Shown: positions 49,763 through 61,299, counted from the stretch's first letter. The stretch: DNA of 64,000 bases from an uncultured delta proteobacterium (GCA_963850305.1 CAWKKR010000005.1:192001-256000), one strand, 5' to 3'. Program-made: numbers and translations. The notes: generated by a model not told the origin, from the letters alone.

Positions 49763-51705
49763 TCACGGCTGCGACGCCGCGTGCCATGCCTGAAGCATGA
49801 GCACGCTCCAGAGCGCGTGCTCGTTGTCGCGCGCCGCGAGAGAGGTGCTCGCTCCAGGCGCGCTCGATGGGAGCAGGTTCGAGGTAGCCGGTGCGTCGCA
49901 AAGAGTCGGTGCTCAACGAGATCGCCCGCCCACTCTCGCAGAGGTCCCCGCAGCCAGTCGCCCAGCGGAACACCGAAGCCCATCTTGGGCCGTTCGAACA
50001 ACGCAGGGGGCACGTGCTTCGCCAGGACCTGGCGCAAGATCCACTTGCCCTGGCGGCCGCGGACTTTGAGCGACGCCCGGAAGAGTCCACGCGAATTCGA
50101 CCACGCGATGGTCGAGCAGCGGGACCCGAGCCTCCAGGGACACCGCCATGCTCGCGCGATCGACCTTCGTGAGGATGTCGTCCGGCAGGTACGTGACGAG
50201 ATCGCGGAGCATCATCGTAGCTGCGCCGTCGAGCGCCCAGCTCCGGCAAGGGCTCCCACGTTTCACTGCCCGCCGCGGACGAGGCGCTCGGGCGCTTCCC
50301 AGAGGGACGTCAGGCGCCGGTAGAGCTCGTCCGCCGATGGCGCGTCGAGAATCCGCGCGAGCTTGTGCACTTTCGTCCCGGGCGTCCGAAGGGCGGGCAG
50401 AAAGGCGTGCCCGAGCTCGAACAGTCGATCCCAGGCCTGCGGAGACGCCCGGACCAGAAGGTGCGCCAGAGCGGCACGCGCCGGTCGAGGCACCCTCTGC
50501 AAGCCGTTCCAGATCGCGGGTCCCCACACGTGACGGTTGTAGCCGCCGAAGAGCTCGTCCCCGCCGTCGCCCGAGAGCGACACCGTGACGTCGCGCCTCG
50601 CGAGGCGCGACACGAGAAACGTCGGGATCTGCGACGTGTCGGCGAAGGGCTCGTCGTACATGTGGGGGAGCTGCGGGATCACCGACTGCGCTTCTCCCGC
50701 CGTCACCGTGAGACTCGTGTGACGGGTCCCCAGATGACGGGCGACGGCAGCGGCGGACTCGGATTCGTCGAACGCTGCCCCTTCGTTGGCGATCGAGAAG
50801 GTGCGCACCGGAGACTGGCTCGCGCGCTGCATCAGCGACACGACCGTCGATGAATCGATGCCTCCCGAAAGGAACGCGCCGATCGGGACGTCGGAGACGA
50901 GGCGGAGCTTCACTGCCGCGGCGAGCAGCCGCTCGAGCTCGTCCACGGCGTCTCGCTCCGTACCCGAGAAAGGTCGAGCCAGGCCCTGCTGCGCGACGCG
51001 GAGGGGCGACCAGTAACACAGGGTCTTCCCGGCATCCCAGCGTGGCCGGGAGAATTCGAGGATCGAGCCCGGCGGAAGCTTGCGCGCTGACGCGTAGATC
51101 GAGCTTGGTGCAGGGACATATCCAAATCGAAGATAAGACGTCGTGGCCTGGCGATCGATTTCACGCGAGAAGCCCTCGTGCGCGGTCAATGCCTTGAGCT
51201 CGGAGCCGAAGACGAGCGTCCGGCCGGCGACGCCGTAGTAGAGCGGCTTGATACCGAGCCGATCGCGGACGAGACTCAGCCGCCGACGCTCGCTTGTCCC
51301 AGAGCGCGAAGGCGAACATGCCGACGAACCGTTCGACCGCTCGCTCGAGCCCCACTCGTCGATCGCCGCGAGCATCACCTCCGTGTCCGAATGGCCGCGG
51401 AGCTCGAGCGTCGCCGCCCGCGATGCTTCTATTTGCCGCCGGATGTCGCGGTAGTTGTAGACCTCGCCGTTGAACGTCATCACGTAGCGCCCGCTCTTCG
51501 ATTCCATCGGCTGGCGACCCTCCGGCGACAGATCGAGGATCGAGAGCCGGCGGTGGCCCAACGCGATCCCGCAATCGGCGTCCGCCCACGTGCCGGAGTC
51601 GTCGGGGCCCCGATGGACCAGGGCGTCCGTCATCGAGCGGACGACCTCGAGCAGCCGCTCCGCCGACCCACTCTCGGGGCTCCAAAGTCCTGCGATGCCG
51701 CACAT
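49763..51705 (-). CDS. asnB: Asparagine synthase (glutamine-hydrolysing)-family amidotransferase, multiply frameshifted
   Basis: [69 protein letters not shown] and RPKMGFGVP lie in other frames. Confidence 0.92.
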
Positions 51706-51794
51706 GCTGGGGATCTCGCGCGTCCCGTCGACGTGTACCCGATCCCGACCGACCGTCGTCGACCGTACGAGCGCTCGGTTCGACGGTCGAGGGC

Positions 51795-54573
51795 GTGGGG
51801 CGCTTCTGGCTTCGAGATCGGCTTCGGGCTAGCCTCCGCGGAACGGTGCGGTCATCTTCGCGTGCCTCGGCAGAGGAATCATCGGGCGGGGCAACGCAGG
51901 TGGCGGGCGGACGGCTCCGGAAGCGTCGTCGCCGGCGCCTGGGGCCCGTTCGTTCGGATCCCACGATCAATCGGGTCGCGCGTGAGCTGCTGGCGTTCTC
52001 GGTGATCGGCTCCGTGCTGGCCATCGGCTCCGTTCACGTGCCGGTGCTGATGATCGTCGCGTGTGTCGCCGTACCCGCCGGGGTGCTGACGCTGTGGGCC
52101 GATTCCAGAGAGCAGTCGGGGATCCCGGCGCCCGCACTCGTTTTCGCTGCCCTCGCGGTCTACACGGTGCTCCAGGCGATTCCGATGCCCCTGCCGTGGC
52201 TCGCGCATCTGGACCCCGTGACCGCCGCGGTGTGGAGGCGATCGAGCACCCTCGTGCGAGAGGCGGCACCTCGCGTGGGGACCTTGTCCCTCGATCCCGG
52301 AGCCTCGTGGGTCGAGGCACTCAAGTGGTGCACCTATTCGGCCATCTTCACTGCCGCCGCGAGCGCCGGGAGGCGCCGTGGCGTTCGCTGGGGAGCTGTG
52401 CTCCTCCTCGTCAGTGCGACCCTCGTGGCACTGATGACCATCGCCCACGGTGCCGCGGGCGCGACGACCGTGTACGGCATCTACGAGCCGCGGGCAGGTG
52501 GAGAGCGCTGGCACATCGGACCGCTCCTGAACCCGAACAACCTCGCCGGGTATCTGAACCTGGCGACCCTCGGCGGGCTCGGCCTGCTGGCCGCCGAGAG
52601 CCCGCCGGCCCCCCGCTGGGTGATCTCCTTCGCCGTGGCCACCACGCTGGCCGCTTCCATCCTGTCGAGCTCACGCGGCGGCGTGGGCACGCTGTTGGTG
52701 GGGCTCGTCTTGCTCTCCATCTTGCTACGCCGCCTGCGGCGTAGCGCGAGCGACGGGCGAGCGCTCCGCCGGATCGTGCCGTCGGTCCTGGGCGCCGTCG
52801 TGGCGGGTATCGTCCTGGCGCTCGTCGCGGCCGACCAGCAGACGCTAGATGCCCTGCTTCAAAAGGACATCGAAAAGATCAAGCTGCTTGCCTGGATGGT
52901 CCCGATGCTGCGCGATCATCCGTGGTTCGGGGTGGGCCGAGGCGCCTTTCAGTCCGTGTTCGCCCATTATTTCGTCGGGCAAGACGACGTGATCTTCACG
53001 CATCCGGAGAATTTTCTCGCGCAATGGACGACCGAATGGGGCCTTCCGGTCGGCGTCATCGGCCTCGGCACCGTCGCCTGGCTGTTTCGACCAAGCCGGA
53101 TGGGCTCTCCCGACGATCCAGTCGGAAGGGCGCTGTTCGTGGGCCTCATCGTGCTCATCGCCCAGAACCTGGTGGATCTATCGCTGGAGGTGCCGGGCGT
53201 GGCCATCGCCGCTGCCACTGCCGCGGGTTTCCTCTGGGGAGAGAGGGCGCCGGTGCGTCGAGAGCCGCGACCGCCGCCCTTGGCCGTGGATGGCTCGCGC
53301 CGTCTGTTTCGGAGCATTCGGTCTCGCACTCACCGTGATGGTGGGAATGCGCGGAGCCCGAACGCTGGTTTCGGATCGCGACGACGCGCTCATCGACGAA
53401 CCCGCGAAGCCCAGGGACCCGGTCATCTACGCGAGCTACCGCGAGCAGCTACGCGAAGACATCGAGCGACATCCGGCGGACCCGTACTTCCCTCGCACGA
53501 TGGCGGTCACTTCCTGGCGAGGTCACCGGGAAAGTCCGCTGCCGTGGATCGAGCTGGCGCTCGAGCGGGCCCCCATGAGCGGGCGGACCAACTATCTTCT
53601 CGCGGTCTACCTTGCCAGGCGAGGGCTTCGTAATCAATCGCTCATGGAGCTACGGATGGCCACCGACTACTCCCCCGGGCTCTCGTCTCACGTGGCCTAC
53701 GTCGCGCTCGCCCAGACGCACGATCCGGCGCTCCTGCGGAGTGTCGTCCCGGATGGGATCAATGGGGCGCCGTTGCTCTACGCCCTCGCCAAGGAGCCGC
53801 TGCCGGACGCGTTCCTTCGGCTGCAGGACGGTTACCTGAAGGACGCCGCGGAGCGCGATCCGAAGTTCGTGGCCGCTCGAACGCTGGCCGTGCAGCGCCT
53901 GCTCGCAGCGCTCGAAGCGCCGGACGGCACCGGCAGGTGCGTCGACGCGGATCAAACCCGGTGCGCGCGAGAGATCCTGGCGCACTGCGCGGCGCTCGAC
54001 GAACTGCAAGAGCCGCGCGTTCAGGAACCCACCGTCTTCAGGGCGCGCCTGTTCATGGCCATCGGCCGTCCGGCGGTCGCCGCCCGGATGCTGGCCACCG
54101 CGTGCGAGCAGTTCGACGAGCGACAGCAGTGTCTGCGCACGTGGCTGCAAGCAGCGGCGAATGCCCGAGATCCAGCCATGGCTGGCCGCGCGGCGAAGGC
54201 GCTCGAGCTCGACGGCTGTTCCGGACAGCATCGCTGCGCGGGCACCTACACGCTGATCGGCAAGACCCTGGGTCAGGCGGGGGACCCGATGGGGGAGCTC
54301 GCCTACTACGAGCGAGCCGCGCGCGAGGAGCCGACCCCCATACGGTGGAACCGAGCCGCCGACGCGGCGACCGGGATCGGGGACCAGCGTCTCGCGAAAG
54401 GGGACACCCCCGGCGCGATCAAATACTACGAGCGCGCTGCCGGTGAAGCCCCGTCCCTCGATCGCTGGCGCAAGGTCTCGGCGCTCGAGGAAAACCCGGC
54501 GTCCCGGGAGCCTCCGGCGCCTTCTCCTCCAGTTCCGAGACACGCGCCGCAAGGTCGGATAGGAACGAGATAA
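51795..54573 (+). CDS. O-antigen ligase/polymerase-family membrane protein with C-terminal TPR-like region (apparent frameshift at ~53270)
   Basis: Many TMs, NPNNLAGYL, SSSRGG, HPWFGVGRGAF, HPEN..AQW..EWG; helical C-terminal part in ORF 53290-54573. Start uncertain. Confidence 0.85.
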
Positions 54574-54576
54574 TCC

Positions 54577-55455
54577 ATGCTCGATTCGGTGAAAACTCGG
54601 CTGCTCGAACTCCAGGATTCCCGCTACCGGTACATCCTCGCCGCTGGCCTTTCGGCATACAAGACGGTGAAGACGCGCGAGCTGACCATCATCCGGAAAG
54701 ACGGGGACGGTGACTGGCGTCACCGCGCAGGCCGGCTGGTGATCGCTTCCCCGAAGCTGCACATGAAGGACGTGCACGCGATCGTTGATGAGGTTGCCGA
54801 TCTCTGGATGCACGGGTACACGCCGCGTCCCGGCGACGTCGTTTTCGACGTCGGCGCCGGGATCGGGGAAGACAGTCTCGCGTTCTCCCGCCTCGTCGGG
54901 TCCGAGGGCCGCGTCGTCGCGATCGAAGCACACCCGAGGACGTACCGGTGCCTCGCGAAGACCGTCCGCGCCAGCCACCTTTCGAACGTGTTGCCTCTCG
55001 ACTGCGCGCTCTTCAGTTCCGACGGCCACATCACGATCAGCGACGGCCCTGCACACGTCGAAAACACCGTGCTCGATCCGACGGAAACCGGCGTCCGGAT
55101 CACTTCGCGCTCCATCGATTCTCTGGTCAGGGAGCTCCGATTGACGCGGATCGACCTGTTGAAGATGAACATCGAAGGCGCGGAAGTGGCTGCGCTCGAG
55201 GGCATGCGCGACTCGGTGTCGCTCGTCCGACACGTCGCCATTTCCTGTCATGACTTCGTCGCGGACCGCGGTGGTCCGGCGGCCATGCGAACGAAAGCCA
55301 GGGTCATCGAGCTCCTGAAGGAGCGTGGGTTCACCCTCGCCCAATCACGGGCGGAATCACCGTACCCATGGGTGCGCGACTACGTTTATGCCCGCGGTGC
55401 CGCCGAGGGTGAGCCCCCTGGCTTCGAACAGGCGTACCTCAGCGCTTCGGCATAG
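54577..55455 (+). CDS. FkbM family methyltransferase
   Basis: PGDVVFDVGAGIG, VVAIEAHP, IDLLKMNIEGAE. Confidence 0.92.
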   Translation: MLDSVKTRLLELQDSRYRYILAAGLSAYKTVKTRELTIIRKDGDGDWRHRAGRLVIASPKLHMKDVHAIVDEVADLWMHGYTPRPGDVVFDVGAGIGEDSLAFSRLVGSEGRVVAIEAHPRTYRCLAKTVRASHLSNVLPLDCALFSSDGHITISDGPAHVENTVLDPTETGVRITSRSIDSLVRELRLTRIDLLKMNIEGAEVAALEGMRDSVSLVRHVAISCHDFVADRGGPAAMRTKARVIELLKERGFTLAQSRAESPYPWVRDYVYARGAAEGEPPGFEQAYLSASA

Positions 55456-56631
55456 CGGCGGACGCCCTGTTCGAGCGCAAAATGGCTCAGCCCGACCTCC
55501 CGGCAGCGTGCCCGGAAGCCGTCGCGTTCCGGCAGCACCGACTCGACGAACCAGCGAGCGGCGCGCTCGAGTTCCTCCGCACGCGGTTCGTCAATCAGCA
55601 GGCCCGAGCCCGGCTCGAGCTGCGTCGCGAGGTCTCCGATGGGGGTCGCGAGCGCCGGGACTCCGCAGAGCAGGTATTCGGCGATCTTGACGGGTGAGAT
55701 GCCCTGTTGCGAAAATGTCGGAGCACGGAGCGCAAGGCCCAGGTCCGCCGCCGGGATCTGGGATGCGATCCCCGAAGGGCTCACGGAGCGCAGAACGACG
55801 CGACCTAGTTCGATCCCCGAGCGCTCGAGCACGGCGCGCGCCGCGTCGAGGGCAGGGGTCAGGAGCACGAGCCGCGCGTCCGCGCGGCGGCGCAACACTC
55901 GACGGAAAAAGTCGAGCATCTCGTCCGGATAGTACTGGGGTCCGATCGAGCCCACGAAGAGCAGACAGGGCGCGTCCGGGGCAACGCCCCACGCGGCTCG
56001 TACCGCCGCGCGCGTGCCGGCCGTTCCCGTGCTGAAGTGCCCCGGATTCTCTCGAGTTGGGGATGGCGAAGAACTTTTCGGGAGACGTGCCCGCGCCACC
56101 TCGAGAGAGCAGGATCGGGTTGGACGCTTTCGTGCGAGTCAGCACGGCGTCCGCCGAGCGAACCGCTTGCGCTTCGATCTCGCGCCAGACGCGATACGTC
56201 GCGCCGGTCGGTCGCCACCCCGCGAAGTCGACGCGCTCGTCAGCGGCGATCCCGTCCGCGTCGAAGGCGAAGCGTAATCCGGAGTGAGGGAGCGCCCCGA
56301 GCGTCATGGCGGCGGGGAGGATGCTCCGTGGAAGTATCAGGCTCACCCCATGTCGTCGGATCTGCCGTCTGACCGCGACGACACCGGCCGCGATCATCGC
56401 CACCGTGGAGGGGATGGCCGGGCCCCGCAGGACGGGAAAGGCCGAGTACGTGATGCCCGCGTCGGAGGCTGCGGCCGCCTGAACCCGACGCTCCTCCCTG
56501 GACGCCCAGGTGAACTGCAGAACGTGAAAGCGAAAGCCGTGTCCGGCGAGCCCTCGAAAGATCGGAAGAAAGAGCGTCTCGAGATAGGGGAGGTTCGGGC
56601 CGTCCCAGGTGACGAAGAGGACCTCGGTCAT
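55386..56631 (-). CDS. Glycosyltransferase family 4 (apparent frameshift at ~56047)
   Basis: N-terminal half in ORF 55591-56631; C-terminal half LFVGS, ADLGLA, SPVKIAEYLLCGVP..ATPIGD in ORF 55386-56099. Confidence 0.85.
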
Positions 56632-56779
56632 GGTCGGCGTAGGGCCGGCGGATGATACGCATGATTTCCGCCTCGCGGGAATCGTGGCAAGGCACGAATC
56701 AGGAGGCGGAGAGCTTGCCGACCTCCGGCCTAACTAAGGAGCCCATTACTGTAACTGCCCGCCGTGCCGCCGCGCGCGG

Positions 56780-57050
56780 ACTGGCCGCGCATCCGTCGCA
56801 AGCTCGGAATTCCCGCCAACGCTTTCGTCGTGGGGAGCGTGAGCCGGATCCATGACGGGACCTCATTCGTAGCGTCGAGAGGTTGCGGCCGCTTCACTCC
56901 GAAATCCATCTTTTCATCGTCGGTGACGGGGGCGATAGCGATACGTCGCGGACGTGGCTCGCCATGTACGAGGAAGTTCTCCGCGGCGCCGAAGGCTGAA
57001 GCGCAAAAGGCGCTCATCACCGTCGCCATACGCTCGCGAGATCACGAGCA
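56780..57050 (+). pseudogene. Decayed fragment of a GT4 glycosyltransferase
   Basis: IRRKLGIPANAFVVGSVSRI and, in another frame, IHFFIVGDG are GT4 C-domain motifs; no intact ORF. Confidence 0.55.
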
Positions 57051-57052
57051 GA

Positions 57053-58366
57053 TTATGCGGCCCGGTTTTCGACGAAGAGCGCAGATGCGGTGTACTTCAC
57101 CTTTCGAGACGAAAGGAAGCGACGCTCGATGAGGCGAAAGAACACATAACCAAAGCCAAAGGATGCAAACAGGCGCGTCGCCAGAACGCCGATCGTTCCA
57201 AGACCGACACGAATTGCAACCTGTTTGGCTCCCACGAGGACGAACTCATGGGTCAGGTAGACGCTGTAGCTGAAGAACCCGACGAACCCAAGTGCCCTCA
57301 GGCTGCCCGTTCGGGGCAACTTGCCGGTTCTCTCGAGCGCACACATCCAGTTTACGATCACGAAGAAGAACACACCGAACGCCAGATCGGAAAACAGCCA
57401 TGCCGCGGGAATCAAAGACGCTCCCGATGGCGGAACAAGTAGGATCAGGAGGGGTGAAAGGGCGAGCGCCGTCCACGGCGACGAAGCCCACCGCGGCAGT
57501 CGCACGTGACCTAGATGCGCCTCCACGGCGACGGCGCCGAGCGCCCATTCGGCCCAACGACAAGGCCCCGCTCGGAACCAGGCTCCGTGGTGGTCAACCG
57601 ATCCGAACCCAACACTGCGCGACAGGAGGGTAAGAGTCAGGATCGCCGCGAACGTGAGGCCCCACCCGAATCGCCGGCGCAAGAGCACGAGTGGGAGGTA
57701 CAGGGCATAGAGTTGTTCTTCGAGCGCGAGGGTCCAGAGTGGCCCGTTACCGATATGCCAGCTCGCGCTCGTAAGATTCTGGGCGAGGAGAGCGAGCGTG
57801 GCAATATCGAATGCGAGTTGGCCGTTGCTCGAAAATCCAAACCTGTCAGCCAACGACTGCGGCCCGGTGTGGTGCGCTAACACCGAGTGATAGAAAAAGA
57901 GCCCGGCCAAAGATAGAACCACGGCGCAAGCGTAGGGTGGGTAGAGGCGCCGCAGACGCCGCTTCCAGAACGCTCCCATGTCGAGCCTGGCAGGTCCCGC
58001 GCGTCTGGCCCAGGGGTAGTGGATACAGAAGCCAGAGATAACGAGAAAGAGGTGGACTCCGTACCGGCCGTAGTCCATCAGCGCTGTTTGGGTGTGGGTC
58101 AGGACGGCGTGGGCGCCCAACTCGTCCGGGCCGGTGGCTGCGAGAGCCTTTGAAAACGGCAGATGAGCAATCACGACGGCAAGGACCGCCGTGCCTCGCA
58201 GAACGTCTATCGCCAGGAGCCGGCTGCCCGAAACCCTGGTTAGTTCTCCACCGGCAACACCGGAAAGCGAAGTGTGCCCGGGCTCAACGGGCGCAGTCTC
58301 GTCTAGCGCCACAGCGCCACGCGCGGAACAGAGGGGGCCATGGCGGTCAGAATACCTCGAAAACAC
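57053..58366 (-). CDS. Acyltransferase family 3 (OafA-like O-acyltransferase)
   Basis: IDVLRGTAVLAVV..H, GVHLFLVISGF, FWKRRLRRLYPPY, WTLALEEQLY, SYSVYLTH. Start uncertain. Confidence 0.93.
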   Translation of the reverse strand: MFSRYSDRHGPLCSARGAVALDETAPVEPGHTSLSGVAGGELTRVSGSRLLAIDVLRGTAVLAVVIAHLPFSKALAATGPDELGAHAVLTHTQTALMDYGRYGVHLFLVISGFCIHYPWARRAGPARLDMGAFWKRRLRRLYPPYACAVVLSLAGLFFYHSVLAHHTGPQSLADRFGFSSNGQLAFDIATLALLAQNLTSASWHIGNGPLWTLALEEQLYALYLPLVLLRRRFGWGLTFAAILTLTLLSRSVGFGSVDHHGAWFRAGPCRWAEWALGAVAVEAHLGHVRLPRWASSPWTALALSPLLILLVPPSGASLIPAAWLFSDLAFGVFFFVIVNWMCALERTGKLPRTGSLRALGFVGFFSYSVYLTHEFVLVGAKQVAIRVGLGTIGVLATRLFASFGFGYVFFRLIERRFLSSRKVKYTASALFVENRAA

Positions 58367-58594
58367 TTATGATCGCGACCTCGTTGACGGGGCCGATTGA
58401 CGGCGCGAAACGTGTTTTCGAGCGGCGGGAGAGGCGCCGGGGGAAGCCTGGGGATTCGAGAGGGGTGAGGGCAGGCGCACAAATTCGCGGCGCCGGCGGA
58501 TTTGGGCGTCGCACCGGAGGAACGGGAGCGGCCCGAGAAGGTTCTCGCCGCCAGGCCAGCCTGCGGGGCCTCGTGGCGAGTGTGCAGCCGCGCA

Positions 58595-58790
58595 GGCGAA
58601 GCACCTTGATCTGGCCATTGGCGCCGAAGCGCCCTCGCGCTTCGTGAACGACGAGGAAGGAATCGCCAAGCTCGTTGATGAGCTCAGACGCAGAAACGTG
58701 AGCCGCATGGAGGCCACGGGAGGTTATCAACGGACCGTGATGCCGGCCCTGCTCGGAGCAGGATTGCCCGCAGTCGCGGTCACGCTCGAC
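58595..58790 (+). mobile_element. IS110-family transposase remnant
   Basis: KHLDLAIGAEAPSRFVNDEEGIAKL...MEATGGYQR...ALLGAGLPAVAV matches the N-terminal DEDD domain of IS110; truncated. Confidence 0.75.
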
Positions 58791-58947
58791 CGGTCACCGA
58801 TCAAGAACGCTCCGGAAACGTGCGCTTTACGGCATGGCTTACCCCATGATACGCTCCCAAATTGTTCGGCGGCAAGGCGATGCGAGCGCAGGGGCTGAAC
58901 GATAACCGGTGCGGGTGCATCCAAAGCCGACGATAGGAGAAGAATAA

Positions 58948-61008
58948 ATGGCGAAGCGGGCGTTGACGATGGGCATCGGGGTGATCGTGGTGACGGGGGT
59001 CGTCATAGCCGCCGTGAGCTGCGGCCCTGCCGAGAATGAGCTCGGGTTAGAATCCGCCGACGGCGGGGTCGGGACTATCAGCGAAGGTGCGCTAAAGTGC
59101 AATGGTGGCACGAACGGCGATACCAACTATTGCAGCGACACCTGCACGTGCTCCCAGGGTGAGGGTGACTGCGACGACGACGCTAACTGCACTGGGGGCA
59201 CGGTCTGCTGCCCCGCGAAGGGCCTTCAGTTCGGCCTCCCGACCAAGGTCGATGTGTGCGCGCCCGCCCACTGTCGCGACAAGAAGCTGGACGGGGACGA
59301 AACGCAGCCGGACTGCGGGGGATCCTGCGGCACGTTCTGTGGTGCCAGTTCGTGCGCTTCGCTTCCGGCCAACGGCGTCGCCGGGCACTGTACGAGCGAC
59401 TGCCCGTGCGCGGCGGACCAGGGAGGTTGCACCACTAGCGGCGAATGTCAAAGCGGTCTGGTCTGTCAGAATTCGCCGCCGGACGGCCCCTACTTCGGGA
59501 TGGAGACCACCATTCGGGTGTGTGTCCCGACCACGTGCTCCGACAAGACGCAGGACGGCGACGAGACAGGCGTAGATTGCGGCGGGTCGTGTGTCCCCTG
59601 TCTCGGGGGCTCGGTCCTCAACGCAACCTACGGCGGTTCGAGCGCTTCAGCAAAGAGCGACGTCGTGCTGGGCACCGCATACGATTCGGGCGGCAACCTT
59701 TACGTCGCTGGTCGGACGTCGAATGCGACAATCGATTTCGGCACGGGCACGTTGACCTCAGCGGGTGGTCAGGACGTGTTTCTGGCAAAGTTCGATCCGA
59801 CCGGAGTAAATCTGTGGAGCAAGCTGATCGGGGGCCCCTCGAACGACGGTGACAGCGGCGTGGGGGTGGCGACGGACGCGAGCGGCAATGTGATCCTCGT
59901 TGGCGATATGTATGAAACGGTCGACTTTGGCGGCACTTGCGGGACCCTGACGATTCCCGGGGGCGGAACGACGGAGGCGGACGTGTTCGTCGCCAAGTTC
60001 GACGCCACCGGAGCCTGTCAGTGGGCGAACCATTACGGTAGCGGGAGCGGCACGGGGTCCGCGAGAACGCAAAGCGTTGCAGCGGACTCGTCAGGGAACA
60101 TCTATGTGGCCGGCTCGTACCAGACGTCGGTCAACTTGGGTGGCTCGACGTTCACGGCGGCGAGCGCTTCGAACGGTGTTTCCAGGGGCATTTATGACAT
60201 GTTCGTCGCCTCGTACACCTCGACCGGTACCTACCGGTGGAGCAGCTCGTTCGGGAGCGCTGATGACGACCAGTGCCTTTCGGTCGCTCTCGACTCAAGC
60301 GGGTACCTCTACCTTGCTGGTCTTTTCTCGGATTCAGTAACTTTCGGCTCAACGAATCTGACGTCAGCGGGCAACACCGACGCGGTGGGGATGCGGGTCT
60401 CTCCCTCAACCGGCAAGCCGGCTTGGGCAGTGAACTGGGGCGGCACAGGGGCTGACCGTGCCAACGCCGTCGAATGGATTCGCACAACGAACCAGGCTGT
60501 GTTCGGCGGTCGCTTTGCTTCCACAGTGAACTTCGGGGCGGGTAACGTCAAGAGCGCCGGCTCGTACGATGGATTCGTGGTGGCTCTGAACGCGACGAGC
60601 CACGCATATAATTGGAGCACGACGTTGGGTGGAAAAGGAGCCGACCAAGTCACCCTGATCGCTGCCCGGGCGACGAATAGTACTATCCTGGTCGGGGGTG
60701 AGTTCGCCCAGACCGTCAACTTCGGCGGCGGAACTCGCAGTACGGCCTCTGGGAGCAGCACGACGGCCACGGACGGGTTCAACGTGTTCTACGACTCGTC
60801 GTCCTCCGCCGGAACCTACCTCACGGACGAGACTTACGGCGGCACGGGTAATGAAACTCCGCACACGGCGGCCGTCGATGCGGGGTCTCTTGCTATCGTG
60901 GTGGTCGGCGGCGAGTTCTCGAGTGACTCGATCGTTCTCGGAGGACAGACCTTCTCCAACACGGCGCCCGGCGCGTATGACGCGTTCGTTTCGCAGCTAA
61001 TGCTATGA
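58948..61008 (+). CDS. Secreted/lipoprotein with duplicated Cys-rich module and SBBP-like beta-propeller
   Basis: AGGAG RBS; lipobox AAVSC; two DGDETxxDCGGSC-ending modules; repeats DSGGNLYVAG / DVFLAKFD / DSSGNIYVAG. Confidence 0.88.
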   Translation: MAKRALTMGIGVIVVTGVVIAAVSCGPAENELGLESADGGVGTISEGALKCNGGTNGDTNYCSDTCTCSQGEGDCDDDANCTGGTVCCPAKGLQFGLPTKVDVCAPAHCRDKKLDGDETQPDCGGSCGTFCGASSCASLPANGVAGHCTSDCPCAADQGGCTTSGECQSGLVCQNSPPDGPYFGMETTIRVCVPTTCSDKTQDGDETGVDCGGSCVPCLGGSVLNATYGGSSASAKSDVVLGTAYDSGGNLYVAGRTSNATIDFGTGTLTSAGGQDVFLAKFDPTGVNLWSKLIGGPSNDGDSGVGVATDASGNVILVGDMYETVDFGGTCGTLTIPGGGTTEADVFVAKFDATGACQWANHYGSGSGTGSARTQSVAADSSGNIYVAGSYQTSVNLGGSTFTAASASNGVSRGIYDMFVASYTSTGTYRWSSSFGSADDDQCLSVALDSSGYLYLAGLFSDSVTFGSTNLTSAGNTDAVGMRVSPSTGKPAWAVNWGGTGADRANAVEWIRTTNQAVFGGRFASTVNFGAGNVKSAGSYDGFVVALNATSHAYNWSTTLGGKGADQVTLIAARATNSTILVGGEFAQTVNFGGGTRSTASGSSTTATDGFNVFYDSSSSAGTYLTDETYGGTGNETPHTAAVDAGSLAIVVVGGEFSSDSIVLGGQTFSNTAPGAYDAFVSQLML

Positions 61009-61159
61009 TTACAATGCCTTCTTGGTCGGAGTCGTTACACGTTGGCGCCGACTAGACTAGGCTGCTCGTCGGGGAGTGCTGCCCGGAGCGGGCACAACTG
61101 CAAGGTGCCATCCCCGAGCGCCGCGGACGATGGGCCATGAGCCGCTGGGCTGCGAGATG

Positions 61160-61265
61160 CTTACTGGAATCCAGGACGACTACCCGAAGGAGTGCGCACA
61201 CTGCGGGTCGTCGCTGACCGGGGTCGACGACGCGGATCCGCAGGTAGCTGTCGACCTTCCACGCC
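61160..61265 (+). mobile_element. IS66-family transposase remnant (zinc-finger segment)
   Basis: DDYPKECAHCGSSLTGVDDADPQVAVDLP resembles the zf-IS66 PxxCxxCG..L.G.D...QVxDLP segment; no further ORF. Confidence 0.6.
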
Positions 61266-61299
61266 GATGGATGCGGCTCCCGAGCATAGCCGCATGTGA

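Noticed and set aside
46581..51705. Programmed ribosomal frameshifting
   Set aside because: Too many shifts, in both directions, and no slippery heptamer with a downstream structure.
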